From the NCBI GenBank assembly GCA_947624085.1, contig CANQIK010000004.1, positions 1-55,342 of the forward strand: a DNA stretch of 55,342 nt. The letters are read 5' to 3'. The notes beneath the pieces were generated by a model. That model was not told the origin of the DNA, made no database searches, and saw only the letters and a list, made by a program, of their open reading frames with translations. A program made the position numbers and the translations under genes. This document shows, one piece after another, positions 18,984 through 26,730 of this stretch. The stretch is from an uncultured Bacilli bacterium (GTDB taxonomy: Bacteria; Bacillota_I; Bacilli_A; RF39; UBA660). Positions within the stretch are counted from its first letter, which is position 1; every line of letters starts with the position of its first letter.

Positions 18984-19769
18984 TTATCTTGCCTTTTTAA
19001 ACATAGCAGCCTTTTCTGCCTCTGCTTCTTCATCAGACATTGGTATTTTATTAGGATTTACACCTCCTACAGGAGAACCTAAATGTCTATTAGGCTTATT
19101 AGCGTCCATTTGAACGCCTAATGTACTTACATATGAAGTAGATGGGTTATCTTCTTGTTTGACAGTATCATTTTTATTTTTCTTACCTAAATTCTCATCG
19201 GTAAATACTTCAATATCTTCATTTTTACTTTGAATAAATTTAATAGTATCATTATAATTTTTAATACCGGTTAAAAGTAAAGGTAATTCATTTTTGTCGG
19301 TTGAAGTAATCTTTTTAAAAATCAAAATAATATCAGCATAATTATTTTTAATGTTATAAACACCTAAACGGTCTATTCTTTGAATATATCTAATCGTATA
19401 CCCTTTTTTATTATTAAAAGCTATAACTCTTAAATTAGTTAGCCAATATTTATTAAAACGATTTTTGGTATTAATCATTAAATCATAAACAAAAAGGAAA
19501 ACCGCAAAGACAGTTATAACAAAGATAATTAAAAAAGCTAGATATTTATCAAAGCCAAAGCCTTTGCCACTATAAGTTACACCACCAATAGTATGAGTTA
19601 CACAAAAAGAATAAATATATAAAGCCCATAAAACAATCAAGAGAATTAATGAATATACATATTTTTCCCAATACTTTTTAGTTTTTCTAACATCAGTTTC
19701 TAATACTAATTCTATTTTTTCATTCTCTATTAGCTTATTTCCAACATCTTCATACATAAGTATCACCAT
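18984..19769 (-). CDS. Hypothetical 2-TM membrane protein with a possible bacterial PH-like domain (true start may be the later ATG of MYEDVG)
   Basis: Two TM helices followed by YWLTNLRVI, resembling bPH-domain Y.LT..R.I. Confidence 0.6.
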   Translation of the reverse strand: MVILMYEDVGNKLIENEKIELVLETDVRKTKKYWEKYVYSLILLIVLWALYIYSFCVTHTIGGVTYSGKGFGFDKYLAFLIIFVITVFAVFLFVYDLMINTKNRFNKYWLTNLRVIAFNNKKGYTIRYIQRIDRLGVYNIKNNYADIILIFKKITSTDKNELPLLLTGIKNYNDTIKFIQSKNEDIEVFTDENLGKKNKNDTVKQEDNPSTSYVSTLGVQMDANKPNRHLGSPVGGVNPNKIPMSDEEAEAEKAAMFKKAR

Positions 19770-19846
19770 ATTTAGTATAACTTAAATAATTTAGAAAAGT
19801 TAAATTAATTAAGTTATTTACTTTATAGAATGTCAAAAGCAATTTA

Positions 19847-21103
19847 TTAATTTACTCTGTATGGGCTACTATCGCTACCATCAATATTTTCGCCTGTAAC
19901 TAGTTCTACATCTGAATTTAGATAGAAAACCGGGCGCACACCAATATAATCGTCATTCGGTGAAGTCCAATTGTCTAAACAACCCGCATTATCTAAATAC
20001 CAAACTCCTTCTTCATCATCATCATCAAATTTATAAGGCGTAATAGTCCATTCATCTAGTCCATTAAAAAGCCATTGATTTTCCGGTATATCGGAGGCAT
20101 CATAACCAGAGGTTCCTGATGGCCATGCACTTTCTTTAGCGGCAAAGCCATAATCAGCTACATACATTAGCCCTATTTTAGCTGATACCTTTTTAAGATT
20201 ATTCATTTCCTCTTTGTATATTTCTAGTATGGAGTTACTAGTACCTGAAATACCTGTTACATTCCATTGAACTTGCTCTATTTTTTTTGACCAATTATCT
20301 CCTAATTTTTTTATGAAATTATTATTTAGTGCATAATATAAAGTACTACTTTCCCAAATATTATTTTTCTGTTCGTTCCAATAAAAACCATCAATAATTT
20401 CCCCCTTTATTCTTTTTAAGTGTTTGTATTTGCTCCAAATTTCTTTAGGTTTATAACTTTCTATTCCTAATTCATCATGAGTGACAAATTCTGATTTTAT
20501 GACTTTTATTAATTTTGTTTTTGTTCCGTCAGGCAATTCTACAGGTACATAGCCTATCATACGATATAAATTTTCATCAGGACAGGTCGCACCAGTTACT
20601 CCTTTATTGTAGTCTTCACTTCCTGGACCAAAGCAAATAAAGTTATTAGGATTATTTCCTGAATACCTATAGCCATTATCTTCTGCACCATTTTCTAAAC
20701 TAGTATCATGATATAATAAATTACCTTGACCTACTTTTTGATTTTTATATTTCTCATAAAATTCTTGTGCTGTGTATGCTTTATCAAAATATAATGTACA
20801 ATTATTATTTTCATTTGAAGTCATTAATACGGTTTTATTTTCTGAGTCCCAATCTAGTATATCACTTGGATTGCTATCTCCATTGCACGTGCTCTTTCCT
20901 ACATTTAAAGCATAACTACCATTAGACCAATCGTTTGAACTCCCCTGTTCATAATCTCCACTATCTGTTTCATAGTAATACGCTATTTCATCATAAACAG
21001 CATTAAAATTCAAAGATTGATTATCCTTATTTATTAAAAATACAATTGATATTATACCTAACGTAACTATAATACCTACTACTAATAATATTTTCTTCTT
21101 CAT
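19847..21103 (-). CDS. Membrane-anchored or secreted surface protein with a C-type-lectin-like (DUF6273-like) C-terminal region
   Basis: MKKK plus hydrophobic anchor; small Cys-pair domain (STC..CTLYF); YRYSG.NPNNFICFG, KIGLMYVADY, WTITP, GVRPVFYL, GSDSSPY. Confidence 0.7.
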   Translation of the reverse strand: MKKKILLVVGIIVTLGIISIVFLINKDNQSLNFNAVYDEIAYYYETDSGDYEQGSSNDWSNGSYALNVGKSTCNGDSNPSDILDWDSENKTVLMTSNENNNCTLYFDKAYTAQEFYEKYKNQKVGQGNLLYHDTSLENGAEDNGYRYSGNNPNNFICFGPGSEDYNKGVTGATCPDENLYRMIGYVPVELPDGTKTKLIKVIKSEFVTHDELGIESYKPKEIWSKYKHLKRIKGEIIDGFYWNEQKNNIWESSTLYYALNNNFIKKLGDNWSKKIEQVQWNVTGISGTSNSILEIYKEEMNNLKKVSAKIGLMYVADYGFAAKESAWPSGTSGYDASDIPENQWLFNGLDEWTITPYKFDDDDEEGVWYLDNAGCLDNWTSPNDDYIGVRPVFYLNSDVELVTGENIDGSDSSPYRVN

Positions 21104-21114
21104 TTCCTACCTCG

Positions 21115-21185
21115 TAGACAATTATTATCTATATTATTTATTATAGACAATATTTATCTAAACGTCAACAGATAATTTTTATCTA
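21115..21185. promoter_or_regulatory. Three 17-bp palindromic operators TAGAYAA-N3-TTATCTA in a divergent promoter region
   Basis: 21115-21131 TAGACAAttaTTATCTA; 21144-21160 TAGACAAtatTTATCTA; 21169-21185 cAGATAAtttTTATCTA; overlap a minus-strand TTGACG-N17-TATAAT promoter (21140-21168). Confidence 0.85.
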
Positions 21186-21214
21186 TAATAAAATGTTTTC
21201 AAGGTGATTTGATA

Positions 21215-21442
21215 ATGAATAGATTAAAAGAATTAAGGGAAGATAATGATTTATTACAAAAAGATGTTGCTAAAAAAGTAGGTATTTCTCAAAGAAAATA
21301 TAGTTATTATGAAACAGGTCAAACATTACTCACAGAAGAAATATTAAAAAAGCTTGCGGAATATTATCAAACAAGTATTGATTATCTTCTTTATCAAACC
21401 GATGAAAGAAAGCCTTATCCCAAATCAATTATGAAAAAATAA
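21215..21442 (+). CDS. XRE-family HTH transcriptional regulator
   Basis: RLKELRE..LLQKDVAKKVGISQRKYSYYETG..LAEYYQTSIDYLL; ATG 21215 after AAGGTG. Confidence 0.92.
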   Translation: MNRLKELREDNDLLQKDVAKKVGISQRKYSYYETGQTLLTEEILKKLAEYYQTSIDYLLYQTDERKPYPKSIMKK

Positions 21443-21444
21443 AG

Positions 21445-21474
21445 AAACTGCTTAATCATTTATAAGCAGTTTTT
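21445..21474. terminator. Terminator between the convergent XRE gene and proS
   Basis: AAACTGCTTA...TAAGCAGTTT followed by T run. Confidence 0.7.
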
Positions 21475-21481
21475 ATATTTA

Positions 21482-22921
21482 TTAATAAGCTTTGCCAAAA
21501 TAAACCATATGTTTAGCTTCTTTACCACAGCATACACATTTATCTGATATTTTATCTTCCTCAAATGGTATACATCTTGATGTAGCTCCCCCGGTTTTTT
21601 CTTTAATTATTTTTTCACATTCTTCCTCGCCACACCACATAGCTTTAACAAAGCCACTTTTTTCATCAAAAGTTTTTATAAGTTCTTCCATATTATGAGC
21701 TTCATAAATATGGTTTTCTAAATGTTCTTTAGCTTTTTGATACATATCATTTTGCATTTGTTCAAGAACCTTTGGAAGTTCAGTTACAACTTCATCAAGT
21801 TTAACACTTATCTTTTCTCTTGTATCTCTTCTAACAATTGTAACAACGCCATTTTCAAGGTCCCGAGGTCCTATTTCAATTCTTGTAGGAATACCTTGAA
21901 CTTCTTGATTAGAGAATTTATAACCCGGAGTCTTATCGGTTAAATCAATATCAACTTGAATACCTTGATTTTTTAATTCTTCATATATCTTATTAGCTAC
22001 GTCCATTATTTCTGGTTTATTATGCCCAATAGGAATTATCATGCTTTTAATTGGGGCAATATGTGGCGGAAGAACAAGCCCGTCATCATCGCCATGAACC
22101 ATAATAATAGCTCCGATAATTCTTGTTGAAAGCCCCCATGAAGTTTGAAATGGATTTACATATTTATTATTTTTATCAATATATTTAACATCAAATGCTT
22201 TACTAAAACCATCACCAAAATAATGACTTGTTCCTGATTGTAAAGCTTTACCATCATGCATTAAAGCTTCAATTGTATAAGTTGACTCCGCTCCAGCAAA
22301 TTTTTCACTTTCAGTTTTTTGCCCCCATACAACAGGAATAGCCAAATCATTTTCAACAAAATCATGATAAACTTCAAGCATCATTCTCGTTCTATCTTTG
22401 GCTTCTTCACTAGTAGCGTGAATGGTATGTCCCTCTTGCCATAAGAATTCCTTACTTCTTAAAAATGGTCTAGTCGTCTTTTCCCATCTTAAAACCGAAC
22501 ACCATTGATTATAAACCATAGGAAGGTCACGATAAGAATTTAAGTTTTTGGCAAAGTGTTCACAAAATAAAGTTTCACTTGTGGGTCTTATACATAATTT
22601 TTCTTCTAAAGGATTAGAACCACCCATTGTTACCCAAGCAACTTCTGGAGCAAAGCCATTTACATGGTCTTTTTCTTTATTTAAAAGGCTTTCAGGGATT
22701 AACATTGGCATATAAACATTCTTTACCCCCGTAGCTTTAAATCGCTCATCAAGATTCTTTTGAATATTTTCCCAAATAGCATACCCCGCGGGCATATATA
22801 CCATGCATCCTTTAATACTAGTATACTCACATAGTTTTGCTTTTCTAACTACATCAGTATACCACTTTGCAAAATCAACATCCCGTGCTGTTATAGCGTC
22901 TAAAAATTTTTCATTAGCCAT
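21482..22921 (-). CDS. proS: Proline--tRNA ligase (archaeal/eukaryote-like type)
   Basis: GFAPEVAWVT, IRPTSET, QWCSVLRWEK, FLWQEGHT, C-terminal Zn-binding domain ending KAY. Confidence 0.97.
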   Translation of the reverse strand: MANEKFLDAITARDVDFAKWYTDVVRKAKLCEYTSIKGCMVYMPAGYAIWENIQKNLDERFKATGVKNVYMPMLIPESLLNKEKDHVNGFAPEVAWVTMGGSNPLEEKLCIRPTSETLFCEHFAKNLNSYRDLPMVYNQWCSVLRWEKTTRPFLRSKEFLWQEGHTIHATSEEAKDRTRMMLEVYHDFVENDLAIPVVWGQKTESEKFAGAESTYTIEALMHDGKALQSGTSHYFGDGFSKAFDVKYIDKNNKYVNPFQTSWGLSTRIIGAIIMVHGDDDGLVLPPHIAPIKSMIIPIGHNKPEIMDVANKIYEELKNQGIQVDIDLTDKTPGYKFSNQEVQGIPTRIEIGPRDLENGVVTIVRRDTREKISVKLDEVVTELPKVLEQMQNDMYQKAKEHLENHIYEAHNMEELIKTFDEKSGFVKAMWCGEEECEKIIKEKTGGATSRCIPFEEDKISDKCVCCGKEAKHMVYFGKAY

Positions 22922-22983
22922 AATATGCCCTTCTTTCTTATTAAACTAGTTTAAATTTTATCATAATAATGTCTTAAAGTAAA

Positions 22984-23454
22984 TTAAAGTTCGTTTATAA
23001 CATTATGATTTAGCTTTGTATCTGCAAACCAATCCTTAGCAAAACTTGGTCTAATATCAAAGTTTTTTGCTTCATCTATATCATACCATTTATTTATAGA
23101 GTTTTTATCTTTATCAAGAGTATAAAAATTATCCTTATTGTTTATACTTTCATTATCTACTTTATAAACAAATAACAATTCATGAAATTTAGTATTATCA
23201 TAAACAAAAAAGTTTTCTACTACCTCAAGTAAAGATAGTTCATCATCTTTAACATTAACGCCTACTTCTTCTTTTATTTCCCTTATCATAGCCTTTTTAG
23301 TATCCTCTAAAAACTTGACTCTGCCCCCGATTAAAGAATAATAATCGCCACTTTTTTTATTTTTTTGCAAAAGTACTTTATTACCATTTTTAAAAATAGC
23401 CGCTACCCGAAAATTGAATTTTATTCCATCATCATTTACAAATTTAATATCCAT
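22984..23454 (-). CDS. Nudix hydrolase
   Basis: FNFRVAAI; Nudix box GGRVKFLEDTKKAMIREIKEEVG. Confidence 0.9.
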   Translation of the reverse strand: MDIKFVNDDGIKFNFRVAAIFKNGNKVLLQKNKKSGDYYSLIGGRVKFLEDTKKAMIREIKEEVGVNVKDDELSLLEVVENFFVYDNTKFHELLFVYKVDNESINNKDNFYTLDKDKNSINKWYDIDEAKNFDIRPSFAKDWFADTKLNHNVINEL

Positions 23455-23456
23455 AT

Positions 23457-24437
23457 TTATTTTTCCCTTCTTCTTACAATAAATCTTGTACTTCCTTTTT
23501 CCTTACCATCATATAAAGAATTAATAAATTTTAAGAGTTCCAATAATGATCCATTAATATAATAATATCCTTTACAAGCATTAATTCTGCTTATTAATTC
23601 TTGTCTTTTAAGATATGTTTCTTCCGTTTCATAAGAAGGTACATATCCCATAGGATGACCACTAGCATCTACAAAAGTTGCTGCTTGGCCCCGAATATGG
23701 CTTGATAAATTTTGATAAAGCAAAAAGTTATTTCGCCAACTATCACCTGCAGTAACTTTCAAATCATTTTCTCTATCATCAAGTCTCACATGAACAATAT
23801 TAGTAATAGGTATTACAGCATATTCAGTATTAATGCCCACATCTTGAGCCATAATGGTAATCTTATTTGTCCATTCATCCTTAATATCATTATGAAATAA
23901 GTATAGTAAAGACTCCATATTTTTTTTAACAGATAATAATCTTAAGTTTAAAAACTTAGTTCCTCCATATGCAGAAATGCCATCAGCATCAAGACCTATC
24001 AAAGTCATATCATTGCTAATTAAAGAAAAGCCATAATTTTGACATAGGTTTACAGCTAAACTAGTTTTACCTGCTCCAGCTTCGCCAATAATCAAAGTAG
24101 CCTCCCCGTTTTTACATACACAGGCCGAGTGGCACGAGCTTAGGCCCATCTGCGCAAACTGTTTTTCTAATAAAGGGTATGCTAAATAAATAATATTATT
24201 TTTTGTTAAATTTTGATATGGAAAGCGTAAAATTATATCGTTATCATCACACTTTAATCCCACATTTTTTTCAGTATCAGTATAAGAAAAAGTATGAACA
24301 ATTGAATCTACATCTTCAATAAATTTGGGATCAAAAAATTCCATAAATTGTTTATTACGTAAGAAATACTCCTGCAAGGGAATATCACTTATAAAACGTA
24401 AAGTAGCTGAGGCTACTTCTATACAAAAGGTCTCCAT
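23457..24437 (-). CDS. HPr kinase/phosphorylase-like P-loop kinase (stand-alone, not canonical HprK)
   Basis: HSACV..NG.A.LIIGEAGAGKTS Walker A; LISNDMTLI corresponding to the HprK DD motif; lacks the canonical HprK E.RG.G signature. Confidence 0.8.
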   Translation of the reverse strand: METFCIEVASATLRFISDIPLQEYFLRNKQFMEFFDPKFIEDVDSIVHTFSYTDTEKNVGLKCDDNDIILRFPYQNLTKNNIIYLAYPLLEKQFAQMGLSSCHSACVCKNGEATLIIGEAGAGKTSLAVNLCQNYGFSLISNDMTLIGLDADGISAYGGTKFLNLRLLSVKKNMESLLYLFHNDIKDEWTNKITIMAQDVGINTEYAVIPITNIVHVRLDDRENDLKVTAGDSWRNNFLLYQNLSSHIRGQAATFVDASGHPMGYVPSYETEETYLKRQELISRINACKGYYYINGSLLELLKFINSLYDGKEKGSTRFIVRRREK

Positions 24438-24445
24438 AGTAACTC

Positions 24446-25642
24446 CTAATACAAATTAATTGGTTTAATAATCTCATGCACAAAATTTTCTGTAAATTCT
24501 TTTTCAATTATTTTTTTGCATTCTTTTTTCTTGCTTAAATCGTTTACCATTAAGTAAAAGAAATAAGGTTCTACAATAGAGCCTTTATTCCTCGTCAAAG
24601 AAAACAGTGTGCATTTAATGCCAAGTTCATCATAAATTCTTTGCACTGCTTTATTGGCTATAAAATTAATTACGCACCCTGTATGATATCTTTCATTTTT
24701 ACCACAAGGTGCTTCCATAGTATGCTCTCTAAAACTAGAAATTAAACCCTGAGCATTATTACCTCTTCCTACGACTCCTTCTTCGCCACATTCAATACAA
24801 CTTCCTTTTACTAAGCTATAAATATGATATGACCCATCTAGATTTTTATTAATATCAATTTTATATATATAACCTTTAGGATTATGTATTTTAGCAACCT
24901 CTTTATATAAAAGTTCTGTATATCTATCAATTATCTTATCATATTCTTCTTTATCTTTAAATTTATCTTTAAATATTGGTAAAGAAACATAAATATCGAC
25001 ATCTTTATTTTTTCTAGTTATCATTACTTTAATATCTTGGCCCACATCATTATACTTAGGGCAGGCATAACCATCATCATTAAACCTCCAAAAGAAAGAT
25101 TCTACTTTTAAAGTAGCTTCTTCGCAAAAAGTTTTAGAACTATGATTTACACATAAAGAGGTATCAGCCGCATATAAAGTCTTGGCATCAGGCAGATCAT
25201 TTATGCTTTGAGGTTTATACCAATTTTCTTGTTTAGAATATTGCGTTGGATTAATAATGATATCCAAATCTTCTTCCGGATTAATCCTTGGCATGATCGT
25301 ACTTAAGTATTTTTTAATAACCGGAGTAAATAGAGCTTCTAAATCAATTTTCTTACTTACATATTCATTGCTTACTCGGCCATTCATTTCTACTCTTATT
25401 GGGTGTTTTTTTATAGCCTTGCCATTTTCATATACGAACAGTCCTCCCCCGATATAAAACTTATCAATATTATGGTGAAGAATTACCCCAAAGTTTTCCA
25501 TACAATATTTAGCATAAACTCTCGAACATTCCTGAGCGAGTTTATCAGCAATAGTGTCTGGATGTCCTATACCTTTTCTTTCTACTATTTCTAGATAATT
25601 GTCTTCTGGATCATTATATCCCTTTATTACTTGTAATTTCAT
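24446..25642 (-). CDS. mat: Archaeal-type S-adenosylmethionine synthetase (methionine adenosyltransferase)
   Basis: EIVERKGIGHPDTIAD, FGVILHHNIDK, ADTS, GQDIKVM, GVVGRGN..GLI, EA.CGKN..YH motifs of the archaeal MAT family. Confidence 0.9.
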   Translation of the reverse strand: MKLQVIKGYNDPEDNYLEIVERKGIGHPDTIADKLAQECSRVYAKYCMENFGVILHHNIDKFYIGGGLFVYENGKAIKKHPIRVEMNGRVSNEYVSKKIDLEALFTPVIKKYLSTIMPRINPEEDLDIIINPTQYSKQENWYKPQSINDLPDAKTLYAADTSLCVNHSSKTFCEEATLKVESFFWRFNDDGYACPKYNDVGQDIKVMITRKNKDVDIYVSLPIFKDKFKDKEEYDKIIDRYTELLYKEVAKIHNPKGYIYKIDINKNLDGSYHIYSLVKGSCIECGEEGVVGRGNNAQGLISSFREHTMEAPCGKNERYHTGCVINFIANKAVQRIYDELGIKCTLFSLTRNKGSIVEPYFFYLMVNDLSKKKECKKIIEKEFTENFVHEIIKPINLY

Positions 25643-26663
25643 ATAGCCTCCTTAAATCGATACAGCTTTGAACAATTAACGTTTCCCAATTTTCAATATC
25701 ATTATCATCAATATACTGCCAAAAACTAACTACTCTTTTCATAAACAAATCCACTAATTCACTCATCATTTTATGGGAGAAATCATCTTCTAACAAATAT
25801 TTATTAAGAGCATCAAGCCATTCGTGATATATAGTATCATAATCGAGCTTAATGGGGTCAAAATTTAGTTTATCATATACTTCAGCTATATATTCCCATC
25901 TTTGATTTGGAATAATAAATGGTTTGTAATCTATTTCTTCATAACTTGCATTTAAGGGAGGATATTTATTAATAGCATTTTTTAATCCCTTAGCTACTCC
26001 CATAAAGATATTGGCCATTTTATGATAACTTACACCATGAATCTTTTGACCAAGATATACAATATCAACTTTAAAATCATGAGTAAGAGCATAAATTAGC
26101 ATATAAATATCTATACCATAGCCCATAATATCATCATCTAAATCACTTGCTAAAATGCTTTTGATATATTTTAAATTAAAGGCATAATCTCCTCCGATAG
26201 GTTGCCTTATAAACTTGCCATATAAAGTATATAATATAGGCACTACGAAATGATTCGTGGTATTACCCTCTTCTTTTCTTCTTTCATAATAAGGACATAT
26301 AAAATCATTACCCTTTTCTAAAGAAGCAACGATATTTAAAAGCCATGTATAATTAAAACTTCGAAGGTCAGCATCTATCGTAATTGCGTAATCAATATTA
26401 CTATTAACACAAAAATCAAAAAAAGCTCTTATATTATATCCTTTGCCTCTTTTATCAAGTACCACGCTTTCCTTAGGATGATGAGTTTTAGTGTTTAAAA
26501 ATATCTCATTAGTTTTATCAGGGCTATTATTATCCGAATTAAAAATTACACTAGCATATTTATTATCAAGGTAAAACAAAGCATCATCAATTTGCTTTGT
26601 TATATTAGCAATATTTTTACTTTCATTATAACTAGGAATACATATCGCAATCTTTTTGTTCAT
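25614..26663 (-). CDS. GT-A glycosyltransferase, glucosylglycerate/mannosylglycerate synthase-like
   Basis: IPSYNE, DNNSPD.T, GKG.N, IDADL (DxD), PYYERRKEEGNTTN, LYG..IRQPIGGDYAF, YGIDI; start moved to ATG 26663. Confidence 0.85.
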   Translation of the reverse strand: MNKKIAICIPSYNESKNIANITKQIDDALFYLDNKYASVIFNSDNNSPDKTNEIFLNTKTHHPKESVVLDKRGKGYNIRAFFDFCVNSNIDYAITIDADLRSFNYTWLLNIVASLEKGNDFICPYYERRKEEGNTTNHFVVPILYTLYGKFIRQPIGGDYAFNLKYIKSILASDLDDDIMGYGIDIYMLIYALTHDFKVDIVYLGQKIHGVSYHKMANIFMGVAKGLKNAINKYPPLNASYEEIDYKPFIIPNQRWEYIAEVYDKLNFDPIKLDYDTIYHEWLDALNKYLLEDDFSHKMMSELVDLFMKRVVSFWQYIDDNDIENWETLIVQSCIDLRRLYEITSNKGI

Positions 26664-26698
26664 AGCCTTATTATACACCCGAATAAATATTATGCCAA
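26664..26698 (-). promoter_or_regulatory. sigmaA promoter, probably giving a leaderless transcript of the GT-MAT-kinase operon
   Basis: TTGGCA-N17-TATAAT-N6-ATG with no convincing Shine-Dalgarno. Confidence 0.65.
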
Positions 26699-26730
26699 AG
26701 AAAAAAGAGAAATTTTTCTCTTTATTTTTA

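Noticed and set aside
21482..22983. Archaeal/eukaryote-type ProRS as a novelty; T-box leader for proS
   Set aside because: This ProRS type is widespread in Bacillota and Mollicutes; the 62-bp upstream gap is too short for a T-box
23457..24437. Canonical hprK, or a lasso-peptide cluster around the kinase
   Set aside because: Lacks the canonical HprK signature; no lasso cyclase, peptidase, RRE or precursor peptide seen nearby
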